DNA of 64,000 bases from positions 15,964,633 to 16,028,632 of the forward strand of contig OZ037769.1 in NCBI GenBank assembly GCA_964035545.1, written 5' to 3'. This document shows, piece by piece, positions 26,331-36,852 of this stretch (positions within the stretch are counted from its first letter, which is position 1; each line of letters starts with the position of its first letter). The position numbers were made by a program, and so were the translations under genes. Source of the DNA: Bugula neritina (Eukaryota; Animalia; Bryozoa). The notes beneath the pieces were generated by a model, which was not told the origin of the DNA, searched no databases, and saw only the letters and a list, made by a program, of their open reading frames with translations.

Positions 26331-29300
26331 TCTCCGCCACCCGCAGGCCGAGTCTCCAGACTCACCCGAGGAGGGTTTACTCTGCACCCAGGGAGGCGCA
26401 GACGGAACCCCCCTCAGCCGAATGGCAAGCTCCCCGGAGAACTTGGAGGCCGAAAGGCCTGCCCGAACCTCCAGCTTGGCCACTCAACAACCGGTTCGCG
26501 GGGTTACCCGAGGAGGTTGTGGAGGAGGATACTGATTCCGACCGGGATTTCCCCCGACTGCCCTCCAAACCTCAGAAAACCCCCGTGGTCCCTAGGACGT
26601 GTAAGAGGCCTACCGTCCAGACCCAAGAAGTGTCTCCCCCAGAGACAGACTACTCGAAGCACACCCAACCATACGGAAGCAGCTATTTCCTGCCCGGCAA
26701 GATTGCGGGCAAAGCTGCCACCTTCCTGTTGGACACCGGGTGCACCACAAACCTTCTGAGTAGGCGTCTCTTCGACACTCTTGGCGCTCGGGAGCGGGAA
26801 AGCCTCAAGCCGTATAATGGTGAGCACGGTACGTTGGCGGACGGATCGAGCATACCGTTTTACGGCCTCATCTCACTACCCGGAAGAGTTCGGGATCTCG
26901 TAATCCACGAGACCTTCATAGTGAGTCACCTGAAGGAAGATGCTATCCTTGGCATGCCCTTCCTTGAGGAGCACCAATGCCACATGGACTTCAACAAGTC
27001 AGCAATAGTGGTGGATGGCAAGGAACTTACCTGCGTGGATAAGTTCGGCAGGCCTCTGGTAGGAGGCGTACAGGTGGTCCGGGACAGCCTGATTCCCGGG
27101 CGCTCTCAGGCTACACTCCGGTGCAGGGTCAACTGCAAGGAGATCTCTGAGCTAGGGGTTGTGGAGGGCATGCACGGAAAGGTACAGTTGGCAAACAGCC
27201 TGAATCGGCTAGACTGCCGTGGAGAGTTCCTGGTGCAGTGCATCAACCCCTACGCGGAGCCGGTGAAGTTATCGGCTGGTTCACTGGTGGGCAGGTATCA
27301 CTCGGTTCAGGAGACTGATGTGGGGCCCACACTCGATGCGACGTCGGAGACACCGAGTCGCCCCCTGGAGTCTGGCATGGGACCAGTCCCAGAGCATGTG
27401 GCGGAACTATACAAGGGAGCCTGTGGTGGTTGTGGAAGTAACGTGGAGCGCCAACGGATGGCCCAGTTACTTCGAGAGTACCACGATGTATTCAGCCAAG
27501 GAGACGAGGACATGGGGTTGACTAACGTAGTGCGGCACGAGATACCCCTAGTAACAGGGACTGCCCCCATACGACAACCCACTCGGCGGCTGGGCCCGGA
27601 AAAGGAGAGGGAGGTTAGCCGGCAAGTCCAGGACTTGCTTGATCGGGACCTGATTGAGCCAGCCCACGGTGCGTGGAGCTCACCAGTCGTTCTGGTCAAA
27701 AAGAAGGATGGGAGCTGGAGATTCTGCGTTGATTACCGCAAGTTGAACAGCGTCACCATCCAGGATGCCTACCCTCTCCCCCGGATAGACGAGTCGCTAG
27801 ATGCCCTCGCGGGAAGTAGATACTTCAGCACGCTGGACCTACTGAGTGGATACTGGCAAGTACCCCTCAGTCCTGATGCACAGGACAAGGCCGCGTTCAT
27901 CACCCGCGATGGCCTCTGGAGATGGAAGGTGTTGCCATTCGGGCTGACATCCGCCCCGGCCACCTTTCAGCGGCTCATGGAGCAGGTCCTCAGTGGGTTA
28001 CACTGGAAGACGCTGCTAGTCTATCTGGACGACGTCATTGTTATCTCGCCAGACTTTTCGACTCATGTCAGTCGTCTGCGCGAGGTCTTTGACCGTCTCC
28101 GGGCCGCCGGGCTAAAGCTTAAACCCTCGAAATGTGCCCTCCTGCAGCAGGAAGTCAAATATCTCGGACATGTGGTCAGCCGGGACGGCGTTGCCACCGA
28201 CCCCGAGAAAGTACGGGCCGTACAAGACTGGACTGTTCCCCAAGATATCTATGAACTAAGAGCGTTCCTAGGACTGGTGGGATATTACCGGCAGTATATC
28301 CCTGAATTCGCAGGTATGGCACAGCCATTAAATCGGCTAACCGCCAAAGGAGTCCGGTGGCGTTGGACTCAGGAAGAACAACAGGCTTTTGATCATCTCA
28401 AGGCCCGGCTAGTGGAGGCACCCATCCTGGCTTACCCCGACCCGACCAAACAGTATATCTTGGATACAGACGCTAGCGACCACAGTATGGGGGCTGTGTT
28501 GTCCCAGGTACAAGGAGGTACCGAGGTAGTGGTGGCGTACTACAGCAAGGCCCTCTCCTCCGCCGAAAGGAACTACTGCACGACCAGGAAGGAACTCCTA
28601 GCAGTAGTTAAGGCGGTGAAGCATTTCCGGCCATATCTATATGGTAGAACGTTCAGATTACGAACTGACCATGCATCACTGATATGGCTGTGCAAACGGG
28701 CCGAACCCTCCAGCCAGGTTGCCAGGTGGCTCGAAATACTTGCAGAATTCTCATATCGGATTGAACATCGCGCCGGCCGGAAGCATGGAAATGCTGATGG
28801 TCTGAGCCGTCGTCCAGAGAGAGACTGCAAGCAATGCCTCCATATAGAGAAGCGGGACGGGGGACCCGCTCGCTCGGAAGTCGAGACACAACTGAAGAAA
28901 ACAGAAGCTTACAGGTGGGAACAAGGCCGACTGCAATCCAATGTCCATTCAGATGCTGTCCAGGCCCTTCGGGTCAACCCCACCTTAGCCAGAAATGTCC
29001 AGGACTTGTGCCGATTACAGGAAACCCTGCCGGGGGTAGTGGGAGAGATATTCAGGGCCAAGAAGGAGGGGCGCCAGCCAAGTGAAGAGGAGCAGCGGCA
29101 GAAGGGCGTTGAATTCCAACAGTTCTGCCACCGCTGGGACTCCCTCAAATTCAACTCAGACGGATTGCTAACCATCTCCTTGGCAGCAGACAGGCAACAC
29201 CAGGAACGGGAGCGGGTTGTGTGCCCACACCCCCTCCGGAGAGAGCTCATCTGGGAGACTCACAAGCAAGCCCATGCGGGGACCAGTAGAGTGATTCGGT

Positions 29301-32167
29301 GCTTACAGATGCGGTGGTACTGGCCTGGGATGACAAGGGATGTGAGGCTACAGATCCGGCAATGTGAAATCTGCCAGGCGAGTAAGCATGGCCGTTCTAC
29401 CGAGACCACGGGACGGCGCAGGCTGTACGCCGGTCGCCCGTGGCAGACAGTGGCAGTCGACTTGGTGGGTCCCATGCCGACGTCCGCTCGTGGAAACAAC
29501 TGGATTCTGGTACTAACGGATCATTTTACTAGGTGGGCAGATGCCTTGGCAATCCCGGACGCCTCCGCCCCGACGGTAGCCCGAGCTTTAGATCAGCACG
29601 TTTTCTGCTATTTCGGGCTACCGGAGCAGATCTACACAGATCAAGGGGCACAGTTCCAATCACAGCTGATGAGGGACCTCTGTCGGGTATGGGGGGTCAA
29701 CCAAAGTAGGACCACCCCCTACCACCCCCAAGGAAATGGCGTAGTGGAACGCAACAACAGGATGTTGGGGGACGCCCTGAGGAGTCTACTACTAGGGAAA
29801 AGCCAAGAAGAATGGGACGCCGTGCTACCCCAGATCATGCGTGCATATCGCAGTACTCCCCACTCTAGCACCCAGGAGACACCCAATTTCCTAATGCTAG
29901 GCCGGGAAACACGGGTCCCGGATCATCTCACGTACCACGTCCCCCTCCCAGAGGGACCTGTCCACGAATACGTGAGAGAGCTGGTTGATAGGATGCGGAC
30001 GGCCCATGAGGTCTTAAGGGAAAAACAATGGCAAGTGCGAGGGGAAGACTCGGACGAGCCCCCACTCTACCAGGCTGGCGATTGGGTATGGATGATTAGT
30101 TACAGGAGGAAGCGCGGACAGTCGGCTAAATTACAGCCCAAGTTCGTGGGACCATACTGCATCATCGAAGTGCTACCCAATCACACGTACCGCGTAGAAC
30201 GCTCCGGACAGATTTCCGTCCAAAGCGAGAAATGCTTAAAACCGTACTGGGCCAGCCCTGGGGCAGTAGGACAAGCACCACCACTCCTGGAGCCAGCACG
30301 ACGACCCACCGGGGGAGGAAGGGCGCCCCCCACCCGAGAGTGGGAACTTCCCTATAACATACCGGAGAGAAACCCCGAAGCCCAAGAACCACCCCCCACT
30401 GTGCAAGAGCCCCCCGAGCAACCAGCACCTCAGGCGCCCCCACCAGTAAGACCACCCCCCGCCGTACCAGAGAGGGTAGACCCACCTACCCTGGAAGTAG
30501 GAGAGAGTAGAGCCACCAACCCTGGGGGACAGGCCACTCTGCCAGACACAGAAGGCCTAAGACGTAGCCAGAGGACTCGAAGACCCCCTGGGTACTTAGG
30601 GGAATATTACTGTGGCCAGATAGGGAAAGGATACCCTAGCTCGGAGGACGAAGGGCCCCCCTTGTATTACAACTATTCACCACCTAACCACACCACCAGG
30701 GAGGCTCGATATCGGCCGGGGATCACCTCGATGTTCCTCACCCAGATCGGACAAAAACCCGATCCCGAAGTTGGAAAAACCCAGGCGAGGGACTCTCGCG
30801 ATAAACCACGAACGCATACTTCGTTCATTCCAATCGCAGCAAGCACACACGCCACACGGAATTTAATCTCTCGCCATCTAACAAATATGGATATTACACC
30901 CACTCACCTGAATGTTGAAGAAGAGTCCAGCACACACCCTGGTAAGTCCACTAGACTAGAATTACCTCCTATACCGGAGAATTGTCTAGGTGGTGATGAC
31001 CGTAGGAACTCGAACTCTGATTCCCAGAGTAAATTCGAGATGTGGAGAACTCACACTTGGAACTCTGGAGGGTCAGACTCAGAGTCACCCAACAGAGATT
31101 ACCTACTTGACCAGGACATCCAGAGTATCACTCTACCCCCACCTCGGCAGCTCGCAGTATCGCGACGAGTGCCATATAAGGATATCACTAATAGAGTGAG
31201 TCAGCCATCACGAGTTGGAGATATCGGTCAGACTCGACCAGCTCAACTCTCTATTTCTGTTGTAGACACCGACAAAGTCGTAGAGCCTGCCTCTACGACT
31301 CTCACCTCATTCGGAAGATCCTCCGAAATCGCGACACCCCAGGAACAAGTAATGGAGGGAGATACAGAGACCCCTGCCACTGTCGTCGATATTGGACTAG
31401 ATGAAGGGGAGGAACAGTCTATCCTGTCCCCATCTGAAACTACAGACCCCCCTCAAGGACTAGGAGGAGCTGGAGAGCTAGGATTACCCCGCGTTTTCAG
31501 CACCCGGTCTCACTGGACCAGCACCAAGACGCGGATCCTGATAGCTGAGGCCTGCGGGGAGCCTAGCAACACCAAGTGCCCCACCTGTGGGCGGAGCTTT
31601 ACCTCACACAGGCGACTACGGATACACGTCCAACAACATTACGTTAACTCATTCTGTCCGTGTGGGGAGTTTAGCTTTCAGCGCGACTACGTGCTCAAGC
31701 ACCAACGTATCGGCCGCTGCCACACGGGCAGAATTTTTGATGTAGATGCGGACAATTACCTAGAATTCAGGGACCTGATTCTCCCCCACATCAGCGATCC
31801 CAAGAAGAGGGAGCTGTTGTCCCAAGGGTTCCCGGCCTGTCGACCCACTAGTCAGACGCAACCGCCAGAAGACCCCCCAAGTTGTGAGTTGCCACCCACC
31901 CAGCCTCTCCGGGTAGTGGTAACTCGAGCCGAAGCTACTACAGAAGGAGACCTCCGGACGCCACGAGAAACGGCCCGAACTAGAAGAGAACGGCGTAGAC
32001 AGGGCGCACCGAGGCCGCGTAGTACCACTCCCTATACTACTAGGCACACACACCGTGGACCCCCGGAGAGTCTGGAGGATGTATATCGTGACCTGGACAG
32101 GATCTCTGAGGAACTAGGACGCATACGACGCAGACTGCAGGACCTGGAGCGGCCCGCTCGACCCTAA
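26243..32167 (+). CDS. pol: Pol polyprotein (protease, RT, RNase H, integrase with HHCC and GPY motif) plus long C-terminal extension with C2H2-like fingers; probably expressed as a Gag-Pol fusion
   Basis: LLDTG protease (26732), YLDD RT (28022), TDAS RNase H, H..H...C..C and D,D35E integrase, KFVGPY (~30150); open for 1974 codons. Confidence 0.95.
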   Translation: MLEVWDNRSCATRLSPRTQRSFKHPRPAVISATRRPSLQTHPRRVYSAPREAQTEPPSAEWQAPRRTWRPKGLPEPPAWPLNNRFAGLPEEVVEEDTDSDRDFPRLPSKPQKTPVVPRTCKRPTVQTQEVSPPETDYSKHTQPYGSSYFLPGKIAGKAATFLLDTGCTTNLLSRRLFDTLGARERESLKPYNGEHGTLADGSSIPFYGLISLPGRVRDLVIHETFIVSHLKEDAILGMPFLEEHQCHMDFNKSAIVVDGKELTCVDKFGRPLVGGVQVVRDSLIPGRSQATLRCRVNCKEISELGVVEGMHGKVQLANSLNRLDCRGEFLVQCINPYAEPVKLSAGSLVGRYHSVQETDVGPTLDATSETPSRPLESGMGPVPEHVAELYKGACGGCGSNVERQRMAQLLREYHDVFSQGDEDMGLTNVVRHEIPLVTGTAPIRQPTRRLGPEKEREVSRQVQDLLDRDLIEPAHGAWSSPVVLVKKKDGSWRFCVDYRKLNSVTIQDAYPLPRIDESLDALAGSRYFSTLDLLSGYWQVPLSPDAQDKAAFITRDGLWRWKVLPFGLTSAPATFQRLMEQVLSGLHWKTLLVYLDDVIVISPDFSTHVSRLREVFDRLRAAGLKLKPSKCALLQQEVKYLGHVVSRDGVATDPEKVRAVQDWTVPQDIYELRAFLGLVGYYRQYIPEFAGMAQPLNRLTAKGVRWRWTQEEQQAFDHLKARLVEAPILAYPDPTKQYILDTDASDHSMGAVLSQVQGGTEVVVAYYSKALSSAERNYCTTRKELLAVVKAVKHFRPYLYGRTFRLRTDHASLIWLCKRAEPSSQVARWLEILAEFSYRIEHRAGRKHGNADGLSRRPERDCKQCLHIEKRDGGPARSEVETQLKKTEAYRWEQGRLQSNVHSDAVQALRVNPTLARNVQDLCRLQETLPGVVGEIFRAKKEGRQPSEEEQRQKGVEFQQFCHRWDSLKFNSDGLLTISLAADRQHQERERVVCPHPLRRELIWETHKQAHAGTSRVIRCLQMRWYWPGMTRDVRLQIRQCEICQASKHGRSTETTGRRRLYAGRPWQTVAVDLVGPMPTSARGNNWILVLTDHFTRWADALAIPDASAPTVARALDQHVFCYFGLPEQIYTDQGAQFQSQLMRDLCRVWGVNQSRTTPYHPQGNGVVERNNRMLGDALRSLLLGKSQEEWDAVLPQIMRAYRSTPHSSTQETPNFLMLGRETRVPDHLTYHVPLPEGPVHEYVRELVDRMRTAHEVLREKQWQVRGEDSDEPPLYQAGDWVWMISYRRKRGQSAKLQPKFVGPYCIIEVLPNHTYRVERSGQISVQSEKCLKPYWASPGAVGQAPPLLEPARRPTGGGRAPPTREWELPYNIPERNPEAQEPPPTVQEPPEQPAPQAPPPVRPPPAVPERVDPPTLEVGESRATNPGGQATLPDTEGLRRSQRTRRPPGYLGEYYCGQIGKGYPSSEDEGPPLYYNYSPPNHTTREARYRPGITSMFLTQIGQKPDPEVGKTQARDSRDKPRTHTSFIPIAASTHATRNLISRHLTNMDITPTHLNVEEESSTHPGKSTRLELPPIPENCLGGDDRRNSNSDSQSKFEMWRTHTWNSGGSDSESPNRDYLLDQDIQSITLPPPRQLAVSRRVPYKDITNRVSQPSRVGDIGQTRPAQLSISVVDTDKVVEPASTTLTSFGRSSEIATPQEQVMEGDTETPATVVDIGLDEGEEQSILSPSETTDPPQGLGGAGELGLPRVFSTRSHWTSTKTRILIAEACGEPSNTKCPTCGRSFTSHRRLRIHVQQHYVNSFCPCGEFSFQRDYVLKHQRIGRCHTGRIFDVDADNYLEFRDLILPHISDPKKRELLSQGFPACRPTSQTQPPEDPPSCELPPTQPLRVVVTRAEATTEGDLRTPRETARTRRERRRQGAPRPRSTTPYTTRHTHRGPPESLEDVYRDLDRISEELGRIRRRLQDLERPARP
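26306..26363 (+). promoter_or_regulatory. -1 programmed ribosomal frameshift signal
   Basis: T TTA AAC heptamer in the gag frame (26306-26312), 6-nt spacer, perfect 9-bp stem ggcctgcgg(26319-27)/ccgcaggcc(26341-49), then a second hairpin gagtc-tcca-gactc; pol is in the -1 frame. Confidence 0.85.
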
Positions 32168-32370
32168 TGGTGGCACTTCTCTTTATGTAAATATATATTC
32201 TTGTGTGTATTAACTCATTATCCCTTAACATTTTCTATCTTATATATTTTTGTTTGTGTGACTAGATTAGCCATTCCAGAACTCCCTTACATGTATTTTT
32301 CTTTTATTTTCTTCCTTTTTTTTTTATTATATATTTTTTTTTATATCAGAAAGGGGTTGTACTTTCTGAT

Positions 32371-32379
32371 GGAGGGGAG
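32371..32379 (+). promoter_or_regulatory. polypurine tract
   Basis: ggaggggag 2 nt upstream of the 3' LTR. Confidence 0.8.
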
Positions 32380-32381
32380 TG

Positions 32382-33097
32382 TGTGGTAAAATTGTGTATA
32401 GTAACTAATGCTTGTATTCCCCTTACTATTATTATCTTCATTCCCATGGAATGCGTGTTTTCTTAGATATACATCATTACTTAGCTATAGTATTGTAACA
32501 GCTAAGTGTTATGTTGGCAATGATAGGATTAGCTATTATTCCCAGCTACTTATTACTACTAACGTGACTGGATTAGCTATTGTTTCTGACGGCTCACAGG
32601 AACACTTATATAATCAAGATAACCGGGATTTCCCTGCGAAGTTCGCTCGATTCGAGCGATTCCTTTATTCTAGCCCTGCGAATCCCCTGCGATTCGAGCG
32701 AATTCCCTCGAATTCGCTCAGAACATTCTGGGGGAATGTTTCCCAAAATATAAAAGGAAGCCCTCAACACAGTAGAGTCAGTCTTCAGCCAGCAGCACAA
32801 CAGGACACATCTCGGAGCTACCAAGCCAGGACAATAACACACGAAGTTAATTATCTTATACTTTGTTTACCAGTTTACTAGTAAGTTTTCCATACATGTA
32901 AGGAGTTGTCCTCCCTAACTGCTATTTTTGGATTTATATATATTATGGAGTAAATAAAGGGGATTGTGAGTATTACATTTCTTATTTATTGTGCATAAAT
33001 ACCCTCTTACAAAGAGTCACTGTGTTCCATCAGCTAACAACCCACACCAATAATTGCATGCAGCGAATCATAACATTCTACGCATAAAATTATTACA
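32382..33097 (+). repeat. 3' LTR
   Basis: Direct repeat of the 5' LTR; the only difference I could see is cacacgTagt vs cacacgAagt. Confidence 0.97.
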
Positions 33098-33523
33098 GAA
33101 GTACGAGAAACATCTAGGAGGGGTTCATATCCACCACTGGCAACTACCTGTTTATTGATGAAGAACTATCCAATGATAGTACAGTATTATGGTCTTTTGC
33201 CTTATAATTGGCTTTGATTTTTTTATGTCTAATTACGAGATACTAAACAGATGCAAAGTATGTTGTGCATAGGCAGTTTTTTTATGTCTCTAAACAACAT
33301 TCTAGGAAAATATATACTGCCATTTTGGTGATTGTAAGAATTTTAGTCTCCAAAATTTAATTACTGCGCACTTTTTTAGTTTAGGACATACTATCTTTGT
33401 AATAATTTTCACTTGTTACAAAACTTCTTTATTCATGCAGCTCAACAGAATGACACAGTAAATATACTGCCCAACATCATATATATAATAGAAATTACGC
33501 TATATTAGAAAGGTCATAATTGC

Positions 33524-33887
33524 TCTGGGTTCTATTAGACTTCATAAACCCAGGTGATGCATGTGGTCATGGCAGATAGAGGCTTTTTTAAGTTGCCTTT
33601 ATACCTTCACGATTGAAGAAGAACTTATAGGCGCTGAAGCCAAGTTGGCCATACCACCTGGAAAAAGAGGCCATTTGCAAATGACTAAAATGCAGTTACT
33701 GCAAACGAAGTTGATTTCTAACCTTCGAATCCATGTCGAAAGAGCAATCAAAAGGATAAAGGAGTTCAATATTTTAAATGGTCCCCGAAGTGTAAACTTG
33801 GTGTTGGCACCTCTATTAGACAAGACTATGATAGTCTGCTGTGCTCTCTGTAATCTACAGCCACCATTGGTGACTGATGAAATTTAG
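33524..33887 (+). pseudogene. PIF/Harbinger (ISL2EU-like) DDE transposase C-terminal relic
   Basis: Frameshifted LLDFINPGD / VMADRGF followed by IPP.K.G..Q.....T..I...RIHVERAI.RIK.F.IL...CCALCNLQPPLV, diagnostic DDE_Tnp_4-type motifs. Confidence 0.8.
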
Positions 33888-36299
33888 AATTTGAAGTAAA
33901 AATGTGTCATTTTCACCTGTGCCATTTTACTAGAAATATATATCTAGCTTTTATATAGTATTCTTGTAATTTTTCATCATAGCAATAAATAAATTACATT
34001 GTTTCCACATTAATATTTCATATACTTATAGTTTATTAGAAAGCTTACGTTGTTCATTGTGGATGTTGACTGCTGCAGAAACTGACTATACTATTTTCAA
34101 AATTTGAAAGGAAAACACATTCTTGGTGCAGAAGTGGCAGAATATGTAATACAATTTTTTTCAAATTGAAGGTAAGAAATAGGATCATTTCAGCATTCAT
34201 TAGCTGCACATAATAGTTTATGTGTATATTTATATGGTGTGGACTTGCTATTACTGTGAGCTACAATATTACCAGCATAGGTGGTTCATTTAACCTCTTA
34301 GTAGTTCCCATGGCTTACATACAATAAAATTCTAGTTGAATAGAATATTTACTATTGTAAAGTACAAAACAAATGACCAGAATATTTCGTTTGTTAAACA
34401 GAAATTTTGTAATACTACTGTGGATTGGCTACTGTACATTAGCTAGATGTAGGCGGAGTCTACACTACCCAGCCATCCAGATGCATATACTAAAGGGCCA
34501 TTCAAAAACCAGCCAATCAAAGTCATGTACCAAATTCACAGCCGTTTACTACAAGCTTTCAATGCTAAACAATAACTCATTCAAGCTGCAACAACAAATA
34601 ACTACTAAGCTGGTAGTTATGTAATAATTGGCCTTAAGTTGCAAAAGTGTACCAGGTCATTTTTCTAGACATGCAATTTTTAATTGCATTTTATAAACAC
34701 TTAATTTAGACATTTAAAAAATCATTTCAAGAGTCATCAATTTAAGATATGAAATTAAATAATGCATGAAAAAAAGTTGCACAACTAGCTTTTAGAAGCA
34801 TGCATTTTGCAATTGAACTTGCAGAATTTTATATCAGTTACAATGGTAAGACATTGACCTGGTACACTTCGCTGATTGGCTGAGTTTTACATGGTCTATT
34901 AAAATACTATAATATAGTCATTGCATATATGAATAAATAACATGATTAAAGATATGGTGGAATTTACAAACTTTGTCATGTAAACCCGTAACATATGGTA
35001 TAGTTTTATATGTTTCAAGCCAGTGTAATATAGTAATAATTGTCCCATGATATATATTTCCCTCGCTATATATACAATGTGATTGCAATTATTGTTTATT
35101 TTTACTATAGAGTAGTGTTCACATTGTGTATATGATAAGATAGTTTTCGTGGATTGATGAATTTTGTAAATGAAGTGTATATTTGTGGAAAGCATGCAAG
35201 CCAACTCTGATATACCATGGTATATTAGAGTTTGTATATAAGCAATAAACATATTTATATAGCACCATATTATTATATAATACACGTCACATTCATGTTC
35301 GACTACCATAATGTTTAGGTCTCTGAAATTGCATTTGTTATCTCAAAAGTAATAAAACCAATTTTATGATGGCCAATAAAACTGTAGAGTCAATATAATG
35401 GAAACTTTATCTCAGATTCTAAATAGTCAATTTAAGCTCTTCTTATTATCTATAAGTGTTTTATGATGGACCTGTGTGATGGAAGTTATTGGTATGAAGT
35501 GTTTATTATTACGTATACAAGGTATATATGTGTACAGTTCCCACGTCTTTAAAATTGTGCAATATTAAAGGAATATATACGAGAAATGAAAAAGCAGAGC
35601 TATAAACCTTTTCAAAATTTGGAGTATACCATGCTGAGATATGGATAGTCTACTTAAAGCTTCTTCAAAGAAGATTACCCTATCATGCTTTACAAATTAG
35701 TTAAAACTCTTTATATGAAATGTTGTTCCTCTGTAAACACGTCACATGATGTGAGACAATGCTCCAAGCCACTCATATAGTGTGAGAAGTTAATAAGCTA
35801 AAATTATAAGTTTATTAAATATAAAAAAGTTTGAAAAAAAGAACAATTTTCACGTAGAGCACTCCCTGCTATACTTCATGCAGCTGGGAATAATCAAAAC
35901 AGAGAAACAATTTCTATAAGGTAAGAAATGTGTTGTAATATATTACATTTGGTTAACTGGATGATCATTTATACTATATATACACTATAATATCACTAAA
36001 TAATAATTATTATAAGTTTATAATCCTTGTTGTCATAAAACAATATATTATACATGTAGAATTCATGCCATCACATGGTACATTATATAGTACACTGAAT
36101 GTGCAACAACCTCGGTCATGCGTTCTCCTTCTATGTCAATCATTTTGAGAAAATGGTCATTGGAAAACATTGTGAGATTAGAGAGCATTGGCCCGTGATG
36201 ATGTCATAGAAGGAGTATAATATTACCTATGTTATTGTTAAATTTCCAGAACATAAGCTTGGCCACATTGATAAATATATATAATATATGTATATATTA

Positions 36300-36302
<3 letters not shown>

Positions 36303-36353
<51 letters not shown>

Positions 36354-36363
36354 TATATATATG

Positions 36364-36432
<69 letters not shown>

Positions 36433-36528
36433 TATATATAAATAGGTATACGAGAAACATTGTTATTTATTACTTTATTAGGTAAAGTAATTACACTGAT
36501 ATTTCGGGTACCACTGTACCCATCTTCA

Positions 36529-36619
<91 letters not shown>

Positions 36620-36629
36620 TATATATATG

Positions 36630-36678
<49 letters not shown>
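36303..36678. repeat. compound (TA)n/(CA)n microsatellites
   Basis: Two similar (TA)n-acacacacat-(TA)n blocks. Confidence 0.95.
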
Positions 36679-36679
<1 letters not shown>

Positions 36680-36762
36680 ATATACTTTTATTTTTATTTA
36701 TTATTATATATACATTCATTTATTATTCCAATGCTCAGGTACTTAACATAACATGGTGAATC

Positions 36763-36852
36763 ATGGAGGAGTACATTGCTGAATTAGAGTTACTTTTAAT
36801 AAAACACTTGGGAAAAGCAGAAAAAACAAGAAACTGGGTTGACTACATCAAG
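36763..36852 (+). CDS. predicted first coding exon of NTase-TPR gene A ([30 protein letters not shown])
   Basis: ATG, 30 open codons, aag|gt donor in phase 0, matching the phase-0 acceptor at 39274/39275; frame conserved in copy B. Confidence 0.6.

Larger units (their letters stand above)
24445..33097 (+). mobile_element. full-length Ty3/Gypsy LTR retrotransposon (8653 bp), recent insertion
   Basis: Two 716-bp TG...CA LTRs, GAAG TSD (24441-24444 / 33098-33101), PBS, PPT, uninterrupted gag and pol (PR-RT-RH-IN order); much higher GC than the host DNA. Confidence 0.97.

Noticed and set aside
25196-32231. Numerous short antisense/alternate-frame ORFs within gag-pol and within the NTase genes
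   Set aside because: Shadow ORFs of long coding sequence; no motifs
34430-34560. Possible YqaJ-exonuclease remnant (WPF..AS.DG) convergent with the ISL2EU-like transposase
   Set aside because: Needs assumed frameshifts; match too short to distinguish from chance
36229-36759. YIYIYI ORFs (also 38708-38956, 51070-51390, 54249-54513)
   Set aside because: Translation artefacts of (TA)n microsatellites
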